Source of the DNA: an uncultured archaeon
GTDB lineage: Archaea; Thermoplasmatota; Penumbrarchaeia; JASLWR01
Direction: 5' to 3'
DNA length: 64,000 nucleotides
Assembly (NCBI GenBank): GCA_964430885.1
Contig: CAYSHM010000012.1
Coordinates: forward strand, 29,188-93,187
Part shown: one piece after another, positions 38,327-49,900 of the stretch
How the letters are laid out: each line of letters begins with the position of its first letter
Position numbering within the stretch: the first letter of the stretch is position 1
The notes under the pieces: generated by a model
Seen by the model: the letters and a program-made list of their open reading frames with translations, nothing else
Told to the model about the DNA's origin: nothing
Databases searched by the model: none
Translations under genes and position numbers: made by a program

Positions 38327-41300
38327 TTGAGATATGAAAAATATCTATTGACAGCAGTTTTGCTTATTTTGTTGGCCACTCCGTTTCTTGGAACCGTAGC
38401 GGGATCATACCGTATCATTGAGGATCAAAACCACCATACTTGGGATTCATTACTTACCGGTAACCCGAAAGGAAATGGGGTTAGAGAATTATTTTTCTCC
38501 CTGGAGCTTACCCAGCCAAATATTGAAGTGGATCCTATCGAGGGTACCCTTTCATTGGGTGGCGAAGGATGGTTTGAGAGAGCAGATCCGGGAGATTTTA
38601 ATCTTCCAGTAAAGCCAGTTAACGTTCTTATTCCATTCGGATCAGAGATCGATGATATTGAGATCCAATGGGGCTCCTCCGAGATGATATCATCTGGTTT
38701 GGAAGTCGATAAGGTTCCTATGTTCGATATAAAATCCACCATACTACCGGAGCATAAGGGGGAACTTGATGAAATCCAGGAACAGTCCCTTTCATCGATT
38801 AGGGATATAGAACCCGGTATAGAGGATTCAGGCGTCAAGTTCTTCAGAGGTTTTTCCTACAATGTGCTTTCAGTTTCACCATTCCAATATGAACTATCGG
38901 GTGATAGTCTGTATTTTTACAGTTCTGCAGAGGTTACTTTGAAACTTGGAGATGAACCTCTCAACGATAGATCCGAGCTGTTGAGGATTGGAAGTCCAGA
39001 CGGATATCTTTTTGATATTGATGAACTCCTGGAGCGAGAATTTGTCCCCACCTATCCCCTTGTAAGTGAAATATTGGGTGAATACGAAGACCTAGCACTT
39101 ATTAGCGACAGAAGCATTCCCCAGCCAGGGGAAGAGTTTTCCATGGTTGTGATCACTTCATCGGGCTTTTATGATGATTTCATACCATTCGCCGAATGGA
39201 AGATTAACAAGGGTATTGCTACCAAGATAGTAAATGTATCCGATATCACCTCGGATGCTGATTACAACGGAGTTGACACCCAGGAGGAAATACATAATTT
39301 CATAAAAGATGCCTATAATAATTGGAATACCGAGTATGTGATTCTCGGCGGGGATGTTAGTATTGTTCCCCATAGAGGTTTCTATGTTTCCATGACAACC
39401 GGCAGTGGGCCGGTAGCGGATCACATTCCTGCAGACCTCTATTATGCATGTCTTGATGATCCCTTTAACAATGACGGGGACAGCCGTTGGGGGGAGGAGA
39501 ACGATGGCGCCGGCGGCAACGATATAGATGTAGTTGCCGAGGTATATGTGGGAAGAGTTTCTGCTGATACTGCAGGTCAGGTTGCGGCTTTCATAGGTAA
39601 AACACTTGATTACGAGAGGGACCCTAGACCCAATTATGTTCAGGAGGTACTTCTGAACGCGGCTTGGCTGGATCAGTTTACTGATGGTGCCCTTTCCTCA
39701 GATGCAATATTCCAGGATGCTTTCCCTGATGGATTCACTGCGACTAGGCTTTATTCTACATTGAACAACGCTTCCAAGACTAATTTCAATAACAAGATGA
39801 ACTCAGGCATGGGAATGGTCTACAATGTAGGCCATGCCAATCATCAGGGAATATCTATCGATAATCATACCTCTCATTCACGTACCGATGCCGACGGTCT
39901 TTCAAGCGACCACAAGTTCTCGGTCTTCTATACCATGGGCTGTTTGGCTAACCGGTTTGATGTGTCCGATACATATGCTGAACATATGATGTACAATCCC
40001 GATGGAGGCAGTGTGGTCTTCATCGGTAATACTAGGTACGGTCTATACAGTCCGGGCAATATGCTAAGTTCACCGTCCCATGTTTTCGCTATAAATTTTT
40101 TTGATCAGCTTTTCCAGGAGGGCCATAGGGATGCCGGCAGGGCCAACCAGCTAGGCAAGGAAGAGCTCACATGGCTTGTCGGAAATGAATACTATCGATG
40201 GATCTATTTCACAATTAATTATATGGGCGATCCCAGCATGCAGATATGGTTTAATGAACCCCAGGAAATAGATGTTGAACATCCGCCTGCAATATATGCC
40301 GGGTCCCCTGCTCCGGTAGAGGTCAATGTGAACACTCTCACCAGAGCGCCAGTTGAAGGAGCAAATGTGGCTATTGTGAACTGGCCCGATGCTTTCTCGA
40401 ATGCCACCACCGATGCTACAGGGGTAGCTGAGCTATTCCCCAACCCGAACGATGTTGGAACCGCAAACATTACAGTTACTGGGCCGGATATCAAACCATA
40501 TTATTCAACCATGCTGATCACCGATGATATGGTGGAACCGATAATTACCGTTAACGTGAGTTCTTATGGACCGTACTATGATGATCCCGGTGCGGTCATG
40601 GAAGTTGATTTCAGCAACGGAGGTTCAGGCTCCGATCTTTGGTTCGCTCAGTACAAGGACGGACTGACCGGCCGATGGCAGGACATATTCAATGGAACCG
40701 CCGGATCATCATATATAGTGGACTGGGCATTGGATTGGACGGAGATCCAGGATGGCGTTCGCACAATTTTCATTAGATGTGTCGATGAAGCTTGGAACAT
40801 TGCTCTGGACTCTGTCACATTTGAGAAGGACTATCAACCTCCTTTTATTCAGCTTGACAAGGATGAAATGGGCTGGTTTGGTCAGGATCCTCAGGAAGCG
40901 ATAGGGGTACATGTGGAGAGTACACGGGCAGGTACGCAGCTGAATAGGGCTTTCTATACCATAAATCAGGGTGATGAAGTAGAAATTTTCAATGAGGATA
41001 CTGTGGCCTATGACGGCAGTGTACTGGTCAACTGGACAGATCTGAAGGACGGGATCAATTATCTGAACTTCACTGCACTGGACCAGTTGGATGTCAGGGA
41101 TAACAGTTCGGCACAGGTGATCTATAAGAAGGACAGTCTGGTACCGGAGATAATTATCAATAATGTCACGTACGGATATTATACCTCTGATCCCGGTTCG
41201 GTTATTGATGTTGATTTCTTTGATCAGGATCTTTCCCTGCTTCACAATGCTACTTTCAGGATAGAGAACGGTTCATGGCAGGAGATATTTTCAGGGGGAA

Positions 41301-43747
41301 GGATCAATCATACCCTTGATTGGGGTGCGAATTTCACCGAATTCGACGAAGGGCCGAACTACATGGATATCTGCGCCTGGGATGGTGCGGGTAATCAGCT
41401 GATATTGGAGGATGCAGTTGTATTCTGCAAGGATACCCGTAAACCTGACTTCCTATCTGACAGCTATCTTTTCGGTTGGTTCAGTCAGGATCCCGGTCCG
41501 GTCATTGATATCGATTTCAGTTCCGGCGGAGGATCCCCATTGGTAATGGGTGAATACCGTTTGGGCGGAGGTGATTGGGAGACATTGTTCAATGACACAA
41601 GGGATAACTACACACAGGACTGGGCTGTTGATTTCTCATCTCTTCATGAAGGACTGAATTCATTGGATGTCCGTGTTGTCGATAGTGTGAACAATATTGA
41701 GGTGTCTCAAGATCTTTATGAGATAGGGATTGATTTCAATCCGCCAGAGATCTGGATGGATAAACAGGTATATAATTATACTGAGACCGAGGAGATAATA
41801 TTCGGAGGTCAGTATTTCCAGACAGTGTTTTCCACTGGCGGCAGCGGATCGGACCTCACCTACGCACAATACAGAGTAGGTGATATGGGAGAATGGATCA
41901 ATATTTCAGATTCCCTTGACGACAATGAGACCCATGCCTGGAGGTTGAATCGGTCTCTACTTTCCCAGGGATTGAATGTAGTACACCTAAGGGTGTTCGA
42001 TCATTTATTCCAGGATGATGATAATATTTCCATTCTGATATTCTATGATTCCCGACCGCCCATAATAGAGGTATCCTCCAATGAACTAGGATGGTACAAC
42101 CAGGACCCTGGGATCATGCTGCATCTTGATGTCAGAGAGAATGGTACTGGGTCAAATCTGACCTCCATTGAATATAATGTTGATGACGATGATGAATGGT
42201 ATATTGTATTCCAGGATGTTTTCAACGGTACAACTGTTGGAACTGAAGACCGTTACTCTGAGGAAATCCAGTTTGATTTCAATGTAATAAATGAGGGTTA
42301 TAACAAAGTAACGATACGGGCTTGGGATCATTCCGGGAAGTCCGCTGAAACAGAAGTAACGGTCAAAAAGGATACGGTTTCTCCAGTATCGGTTCTGCTT
42401 GCATCACCGGGTAACTCTCAGGATACTTCATTCACGACCATCTATCTGGCCTGGGGTGAGGTGGACAGGGACCTTGACGGGAGCAGGATAATTGGTTACG
42501 AATACGAGGTCTCCTATACGGATGGTTTTGCAGACCCATTTGCTTCAGGGAGTGTTGAGGAACTTACCAGCGAAGTAACCATAATCAAATCCGGTAAATA
42601 TTATTGGCGGGTCCGGGCTTTTGATGAGGCTGGGAACATAGGCGAATGGAGCAGTATTTGGTCATTCTACCGTAATAGTCCGCCAAGAGCCAGAATGAAT
42701 ATTTCCTCAAGAGGGGACATATATCATCCATTCCTGTTCGATGCATCGGCATCCGAGGACGAGGATGGCTCTATAGTAAATTATACTTGGACATTGGATG
42801 ACAAGGTTCAGATATTTGGTGAGACGATTGAATATCTGTTCACAGTTAATGGTACATATGATATTCGTTTGACAGTAAGGGACGATCTCGGCAAAGTGGA
42901 TATCATAGAGGAGCGTGTGGATATAGGGGGCTCCAAATTCAAACCGGGAGATCATGTCAATGTCGGAGGTCAGGAGAGAGAAATTATTGAGGTAGTCTGG
43001 GATGAGGAGCAGGATGAATGGACCTATGTTCTGGATGATGGTTCAGAGATTCCACAGGATGATCTTGCCCCTTTCCGGAAAGAGAGTACAACCGATCCCC
43101 TGGAGAAGGACGTTTGGGGTGTGCCCTGGCAGTATCTCGCTTTTGCAGTGGGAGGGGTTTTGATTATTTTCCTGGTGCTCGGAATAATAATACTCAAGAA
43201 ACGGAGCTATGCACCAATAGTTTGCCCCAAGTGCGGTAAAAGGGTCAGGAGCCAAGCTGAGAACTGTCCCTCATGCGGGGAGGTGCTCTACAAGATGCCC
43301 TACATCACCAGTAATTGTAAGAAATGCAGCTTCCTGGTCTATGATTGGGAGGATAAATGTCCCAAATGCGATCTTCCTATTAGCAAAGGGAAGGAGGATG
43401 AAGAGGAGAAGGGGTATGGATCGAAGGATAAGGTCTCTTTCATGGGAGGTGACTCTTACAAAGAGAAATATGACTCTTTCTCTGAGAGAGAAAGCACTCC
43501 GAAATCCGAAGATGAGATTGCCTCGTTTGAGGTCAGGAAATCCGATGATAAAAGGGATGACATGGACCAATTTGATGATTTGGAGGTTGATCCAGAATCC
43601 GAGTCCGAGGAACCAGAATTGAAGGATATTTCCGGTTTTGATGAAGATGATCAGTGGGATAACGATTGGGATGATGAATGGGGTGATGATGAGGAAAAAG
43701 CAGACGACCAATGGGCCGATAATGACGACGATGATTGGATAGTATAA
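38327..43747 (+). CDS. Membrane-anchored C25 (gingipain-like) cysteine peptidase: propeptide, Ig/Fn3/PKD domains, TM, cytoplasmic double zinc ribbon, Trp-acidic tail
   Basis: Propeptide PG..NLPV..VLIP; FAEWKINKG, IHNFIKDAY, YVILGGD, ADLYY, VYVGR; catalytic VGHAN and MGCLA; NYMGDPS; four CxxC pairs after the TM. Confidence 0.88.
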   Translation: MRYEKYLLTAVLLILLATPFLGTVAGSYRIIEDQNHHTWDSLLTGNPKGNGVRELFFSLELTQPNIEVDPIEGTLSLGGEGWFERADPGDFNLPVKPVNVLIPFGSEIDDIEIQWGSSEMISSGLEVDKVPMFDIKSTILPEHKGELDEIQEQSLSSIRDIEPGIEDSGVKFFRGFSYNVLSVSPFQYELSGDSLYFYSSAEVTLKLGDEPLNDRSELLRIGSPDGYLFDIDELLEREFVPTYPLVSEILGEYEDLALISDRSIPQPGEEFSMVVITSSGFYDDFIPFAEWKINKGIATKIVNVSDITSDADYNGVDTQEEIHNFIKDAYNNWNTEYVILGGDVSIVPHRGFYVSMTTGSGPVADHIPADLYYACLDDPFNNDGDSRWGEENDGAGGNDIDVVAEVYVGRVSADTAGQVAAFIGKTLDYERDPRPNYVQEVLLNAAWLDQFTDGALSSDAIFQDAFPDGFTATRLYSTLNNASKTNFNNKMNSGMGMVYNVGHANHQGISIDNHTSHSRTDADGLSSDHKFSVFYTMGCLANRFDVSDTYAEHMMYNPDGGSVVFIGNTRYGLYSPGNMLSSPSHVFAINFFDQLFQEGHRDAGRANQLGKEELTWLVGNEYYRWIYFTINYMGDPSMQIWFNEPQEIDVEHPPAIYAGSPAPVEVNVNTLTRAPVEGANVAIVNWPDAFSNATTDATGVAELFPNPNDVGTANITVTGPDIKPYYSTMLITDDMVEPIITVNVSSYGPYYDDPGAVMEVDFSNGGSGSDLWFAQYKDGLTGRWQDIFNGTAGSSYIVDWALDWTEIQDGVRTIFIRCVDEAWNIALDSVTFEKDYQPPFIQLDKDEMGWFGQDPQEAIGVHVESTRAGTQLNRAFYTINQGDEVEIFNEDTVAYDGSVLVNWTDLKDGINYLNFTALDQLDVRDNSSAQVIYKKDSLVPEIIINNVTYGYYTSDPGSVIDVDFFDQDLSLLHNATFRIENGSWQEIFSGGRINHTLDWGANFTEFDEGPNYMDICAWDGAGNQLILEDAVVFCKDTRKPDFLSDSYLFGWFSQDPGPVIDIDFSSGGGSPLVMGEYRLGGGDWETLFNDTRDNYTQDWAVDFSSLHEGLNSLDVRVVDSVNNIEVSQDLYEIGIDFNPPEIWMDKQVYNYTETEEIIFGGQYFQTVFSTGGSGSDLTYAQYRVGDMGEWINISDSLDDNETHAWRLNRSLLSQGLNVVHLRVFDHLFQDDDNISILIFYDSRPPIIEVSSNELGWYNQDPGIMLHLDVRENGTGSNLTSIEYNVDDDDEWYIVFQDVFNGTTVGTEDRYSEEIQFDFNVINEGYNKVTIRAWDHSGKSAETEVTVKKDTVSPVSVLLASPGNSQDTSFTTIYLAWGEVDRDLDGSRIIGYEYEVSYTDGFADPFASGSVEELTSEVTIIKSGKYYWRVRAFDEAGNIGEWSSIWSFYRNSPPRARMNISSRGDIYHPFLFDASASEDEDGSIVNYTWTLDDKVQIFGETIEYLFTVNGTYDIRLTVRDDLGKVDIIEERVDIGGSKFKPGDHVNVGGQEREIIEVVWDEEQDEWTYVLDDGSEIPQDDLAPFRKESTTDPLEKDVWGVPWQYLAFAVGGVLIIFLVLGIIILKKRSYAPIVCPKCGKRVRSQAENCPSCGEVLYKMPYITSNCKKCSFLVYDWEDKCPKCDLPISKGKEDEEEKGYGSKDKVSFMGGDSYKEKYDSFSERESTPKSEDEIASFEVRKSDDKRDDMDQFDDLEVDPESESEEPELKDISGFDEDDQWDNDWDDEWGDDEEKADDQWADNDDDDWIV

Positions 43748-43966
43748 TCAAACAAATAAATGCAATAATTGGCTTCACCTGCATGGATAAAAGAAACAGA
43801 TTTGTTATAGTCAAATAATAGAGTAATACTTTGAATAAATAATCGTAACCCACTGTATAAAGAGTATAGTTTCAGAAATTTTTTGCTAATTATGAACCAC
43901 CCCAAATGAAGAGTTCAATTAAAAATACACAAAAAAAACTATCAAATCATTTTAGAGATTGATAAT

Positions 43967-46900
43967 ATGAGAATTAGATATTCCACAACTGCAATGGCTT
44001 CAGCATTGTTATTATGTCTGATAGTTTCTCCATTGAGCAATATTGTTTCAGGCATCCTGGTAAATGAAGAAGAATCAGATCATTCAAATAATGATTTTTT
44101 AAATGCATTTGAGGATGAAACTCAATCCATTCAGGATTTACCAGGTATCGATGAAAACCGCGATATCTCCAATTCCATCAATCAGATAAAATATCCTGAA
44201 GGAACTCCCAATTCGCTCTTTCAGGATTACTTGAATGATATGAAAGCATTTGATACTGAATTGATAGGTCCAGAGTCCTACATTAATGACGGATTACTGT
44301 ATGATTCTTCCTATCAGGACCGCACTATTGTTGTTCACGAAAATGATTCAAGCTATTTTGATGAACTGCTCTATACCGCAGCGGTACCTGCTGCCATCCA
44401 TTGGGAAGGTGGTTCAAGACATGATAGTCTGCTTCTATATGATTCGGATGAGAGGGATACAGGGAACCTCCATGGTGATTGGGCAGGTTATTTGGAATCC
44501 CGGGGCGGATTGAAACATCTGGATTTTTTGGGGGGAGTGAACGGAACAAGAAGAGCTGAGATCAGCAGTTATTACGGGTCGCCGGAGGATATGGAAGTTG
44601 TTACAGTTTCAGGGGATATCTACAATGCCTCAGCGGAAATTGCCAAATATTATTGGAAAGAGGAGAGGTTCATCAGACCTGATACGGCAGTCATCGCATA
44701 TTCACCCGATCCTCAAGGCGGTAAGCAAGTGTTTCAGATTAGAACAAATACAAGCAATACCAAGGGAAACTATGACGTTGAGGTAAATGCATCCCAGGTG
44801 GCCTGGCTTGAAACCGAATTGCACTGGGAGGATCAGAATGACAACAGCGTTTATGATATTGAGATGACCGATCCATATGCCACTCACCATGCGAAATATA
44901 ATACATCATCTAGCTGGTACAAGGAGAATCCCAGTAATAATGTCCTTAACTTTCATGAAGGGAGCAGGGAAACGGGTCTTTCACCACTTTATTCCTTCAT
45001 GCCTATAGATCCATTCGGCCCCTCTAGTAATGCGTCGTTCTCTGATAGTGTAGGGCCAAATGACGGAAGCGGGGTTCCCGAACCTCCATTCGCAGATGTT
45101 ACAACTCATACCATAGGGCCAGTAAAAAAAGGAATGATTGTAGAATGCAGTCTTTCCTGGTCTGACAGCAGTGAGCTGGAATTATATGTCCATCCCAATG
45201 GTACAACTCCTGCCGAATACGAGTTTGAATACTGGTGGGGCCAACCCGTAGTTCTAAAATTCATATCTACAATCAATGGCTTCTGGGATATTTCAGTTCA
45301 TACATATACTGGAAACGGAGATTCTTACGGCTTGGAGGTACATTGGAGTTTACCATCAGAACTGGAGTGGCCCATATACCAATGCGAGAACAGCGACGAC
45401 AGCTACACCATAAACACAAAGAAAACCATGGTGCTTGGTGATGATATTGCGGAATCCGCAGCCAACGGAGCAGTATTGGCATCTCTTTTGGATTCACCTC
45501 TGCTTTTCACAGCGGGGGTACAGCCAGAACAGGCAGTGATGAATGTTCTGGAGGATCTGGGAATTGATAACCTCATTATTGTTGACCCCTTTGGAAGAAT
45601 AGATTCCTCCGCTTGGGAGAACCGGGGCCTTGCGGTAGAGCATTTGGATTCCGATTATTCTGTGTTCAATATGATTTCAGACATTGGATACCGTAAGACT
45701 TGGGAGAGAGACGTGGTGGTGCCAGCTCTCGGTGGTCCCTGGTTTACTTCCGCAGCCCTTGAAGGAGCAGCCCATGCTGCACCCGTTCCATTCCCCAATG
45801 ATCCTTTGGCACTCTCAGCTACAAATCTAAGTACCCGGGTCTGGTGGAATATGCTGGAGTGGGCCGATACCTTGGGTGCCTATACAGGGAGCAGTGCCAG
45901 TTCTGAGGATCACCCTCCGAAGAGGAGCAGCATGGAATCAATAGCTGATTACTTCTATGACTGGCTTGGAAATTTTAATCCTGCCTATAACCCCTCTTGC
46001 AACGATAATGATTCAGATGGGATACCCGATTCAGGTTTGATGTGGAACTATTCCAAGGATATTGACGTAGTCATTGTATCGCCAATGAATGGAATTAAGA
46101 TGTGTTTCGACAGGGCCATTATAGGCAAAGGATCCGTAGGACGAATACCCGAATACGATCCATCGATATCCACCGCTATAGCCGCTAGAGCAGTTCTGTA
46201 CTGGAAATTGGCTTTTTCAAATAATACCAATCCCGGGGATATGAACGCGGTAAACGAGACCTCGAACTTCTGGGATAAAGCCGGTTGGACATTCGTTGCA
46301 TATACCCATGATGATGATGATCCAAACGATGATGATCTTGGGGATGATACTGATGATGATTATTCCGAGGATGATGACGGAGGAGCAGTTCATCTCTCCT
46401 ACCGCATGAGCGAGGAACTGCCCCAGTATGCATCGGATTACGGTGTTTCAGCTAACTGTTACAACACCTCTTATCCCCAGGTCACGGATATGCTGGAGGA
46501 CGGTTTAGGATTTTGGTGTCATGCAGATCACGGAGGATATAACAAGCATTTGGAAACCGGGGCAGGAGTTATCGGCCTTTCCGGTAAGGCCCAGAATCCT
46601 TGGAGAGACTGGGATGACGGTGCAAACGTGGACGATCCTGACGGGTCCGGGAACACTATAGGTTTAGCCAATCCCTCCGGTAATGATCATATATCCGGTA
46701 ATGATATATTCTATGGAATTCACGATCTTCCATCCACATTGATCTATCTTCAGGATTGTCAGGTGGGAGGAACCCATATGCCCGCCAACCTTCTGAGGCT
46801 AGGGTCATCCGGTGTTGTAGGCGACCATTATTCAATGTACATCGATCCCTCACCAGTATATAACGATCGATTGGTTAAGGGATTGTTCTCAGGTATGGAT

Positions 46901-49900
46901 TACGGTCAGGCCAACCGATGGGCTCTAGATGAATCTTCAGCAGTATATTCCATGCATGATCCGGCCCCTTCTGACGGTGGGAACAACGCTTTGGGCTACA
47001 GCGTTCAATGCACGCTCTACGGAGATCCCGAGATAGTTTTAGCAAGGCCTACACTGATTCCTCACTTATCAATAAATTATCCGATCGCTGGAACCGGAAA
47101 TATTACTATTGGCATATTCGTCACTGACCAATATGGGGAACCATATCCTTCCGGTGCCAATGTTACCTTGAATGGTGAATACCTTCTTCCCAATCCGGGC
47201 GATGGGGGAATAGGAGTTTATTCATATGATTGGTCTCTTGACAATATTGCTCATATGACCTCGGAGGAATTGATGTCTACGGATTTTATTGTTCGAGTAT
47301 TACTGGAGGAACCGGGTTATTACAACAGCCAATACAACTCATCCATTGTCCAGGAATATATGTTGAACTTTCCCTTCATGCGCGGCAATATAACAAATCT
47401 AGAATATACTGGAGAATGGATCCAGAATCTGAGCCTTGCAGCGGAGGTCTCTTATGATCTTGGTAATGATGTGGTACTCAATGATACTGTGGGGGTAATC
47501 GGGTACATGGAAATCTTTGATTCCAATGGATTCAAGATGGGCCAGTCGGTAAGCCTTGGCTATGTGAACGGTTCATGGAACGCCGATATGGATATTACAT
47601 TGATGACCGGGAATTATTATGTGAATGTTACCTTCCTGAAACCATATTTCCCCAGATTGACCTTACAGAGCGGAATATTCAATGTTAAGCATATAATGAA
47701 AATCGAATCCGGAGATGTGGATACCCATATAGGTTTCGGCGGAGGAATATCCGAGATATACCTGTCGAATGTTTCGTGTGTTCATAGTGGTCTCGGGGAA
47801 ATTGACAACTTGAATTTCCGGAATTCCACTTATGAGATATTTTCCACAGACGGCAACACCACCAATACGACGGGGAACCTCATATATTTAGATGGTTTTT
47901 GGACAAAGGACAACATCAGCGTTTTGCATCTGCCTGATGGTATATATCATATAAGAATTAACATTTCAGCTCAATATGAATGGGCCGAATATTTCACTGC
48001 CTCATTAGAAACCGAGCACGGAATTAGGGTTTCCGAGCCAACAATCAGCTACCGATTAGATCCGTATCCGTCAATAGATATAACTAATGTATCAGTAACT
48101 ACAGCAGCGGACAACCCTGGAATCATATCTGAGGAGAATGTTCAGACCCGGGGATATCGTATTGTAAGTTCGGACACATTTGAGGATTATGCCAATGGGA
48201 GTTATGTATTTAACGGGACTCATTGGAAAGCATACGGGATAGATGCAGGAATGATCCCACCGGGCGTCTACAGGGTAGAATCCCTTTTCACCACTACCAG
48301 CGGGAAAATTGGCTCTTCGTTATCCGGAGCGTTCCTTGTTGGTCATGAACTGAAACCCGAGTCTTTCGGGACAGTATTGTATGAAGGAGATTTTCTACAG
48401 AAGCTGTCCATTTACGGTGTAAGGATGAGAAATACTTACAATGGTTCTGATAGCGACAGCGCATTTGGAGTATCATCGGCTTCATTTATTCTATCCAATG
48501 AGGACGATTCTCCTGTGCTAACAGGCGATCTTAGTCAAGAAAATGATCACTGGTCGGCTTATAATATTGATGTGTCTGGTATTGGGGATGGCTTATATTC
48601 TTTAAGAGCGGTATTCGATCCCGTTGAAGGGCCGGAAATGAATATGAACTTGGATAGTTTTGAACTGGTCCATGGATTCAGGATAAAGGGTGCTAAGGTC
48701 TATCTGGTATCTACCAGAGCTTCTCCTCAGCTGACCATTGAGAATGTTTCAATTGAATGCTCTTATCTGAATTTTGATCCGCAGTTCGCCTCGGTGGCTT
48801 ACTACATTACAAATACGGATACTAGTGATGTTTCATCTGGAATGCTGAAACCCCGAAATGGGACCTTTTCGGACAACATTGAGATCGAACAATACTATTC
48901 CGGAAGCTATGATGTTGATGTTGAGATTTCCACTACCCAGCTATCCGAGATCCACAGGGAAAGGGTAGGGGGATTTGAGATAATTCCTGATATTGAAATT
49001 GAATCGTTCACAATTGCCAATATCGATGGTAAATTAAAGGCAGGCCCAATATCGGTCATCAGTAATATAAAGGATAAGGAAGAAATTGGAGATGGTGATG
49101 TTTCGTTTTTCAATTATTCATTGAAGAGTTTGACAGGAAACTCAACGGTATTCTCAGGAGCTTTGGTATGGGGAAATGACCATTGGATGATAGCGGAAAT
49201 AGATGTAAGTGGACTTACCGAAGGTAATTATTATATGGAAGTATATTTGAGTATGCCAGGTATAGGGGAGTTCAGCCGGAAGAGCAATGTTATCTCAATA
49301 GGTACTTCTCCTACTGATGACGATGATATTTCCGGAGATGATGATGATGACGATATTGCTAACGATGATGATGACGGGAGTGATAACGGTAATGAAAAAG
49401 GGGCCGATTCATGGACTACATTCCTCATTATCGGAATTTTACTCCTTTTGATTCTTTTAATATTATTCTTTGTTCTGGCAAAAAGAAAGGATGAAGAAGT
49501 GAAAGAACCCATTTCGGAAAAGAAAGATCCCAAAGAGGACGGAAAGGTAAAATCTAAAGGACCCCGGACCTCTAAGAAATCCAAAGTTCTGAAGGAGTCA
49601 GAATCCTATGATGATGATGAGGAAAAAGATGATCCGTCCAGTGATGATTTTGATACCTATGGTGACGACGACCATGATGGGTGGTCAGACGAAGGAGAAT
49701 GGGACGATTTTGAACAAGAAGATGAATATGATGAGGAAGAAGATGATTGGTCGGATGATTTTGAGGGCGGTGATGATGATTGGAATGATTGGGCCGATTC
49801 TCCCAACGACGAATATGAAGAGGACGGTGGATGGGATGCAGATCCTCGGGATGATGATGTGAACGTTATCGATGGTAATGAGGAAGAAGATTATGATAAT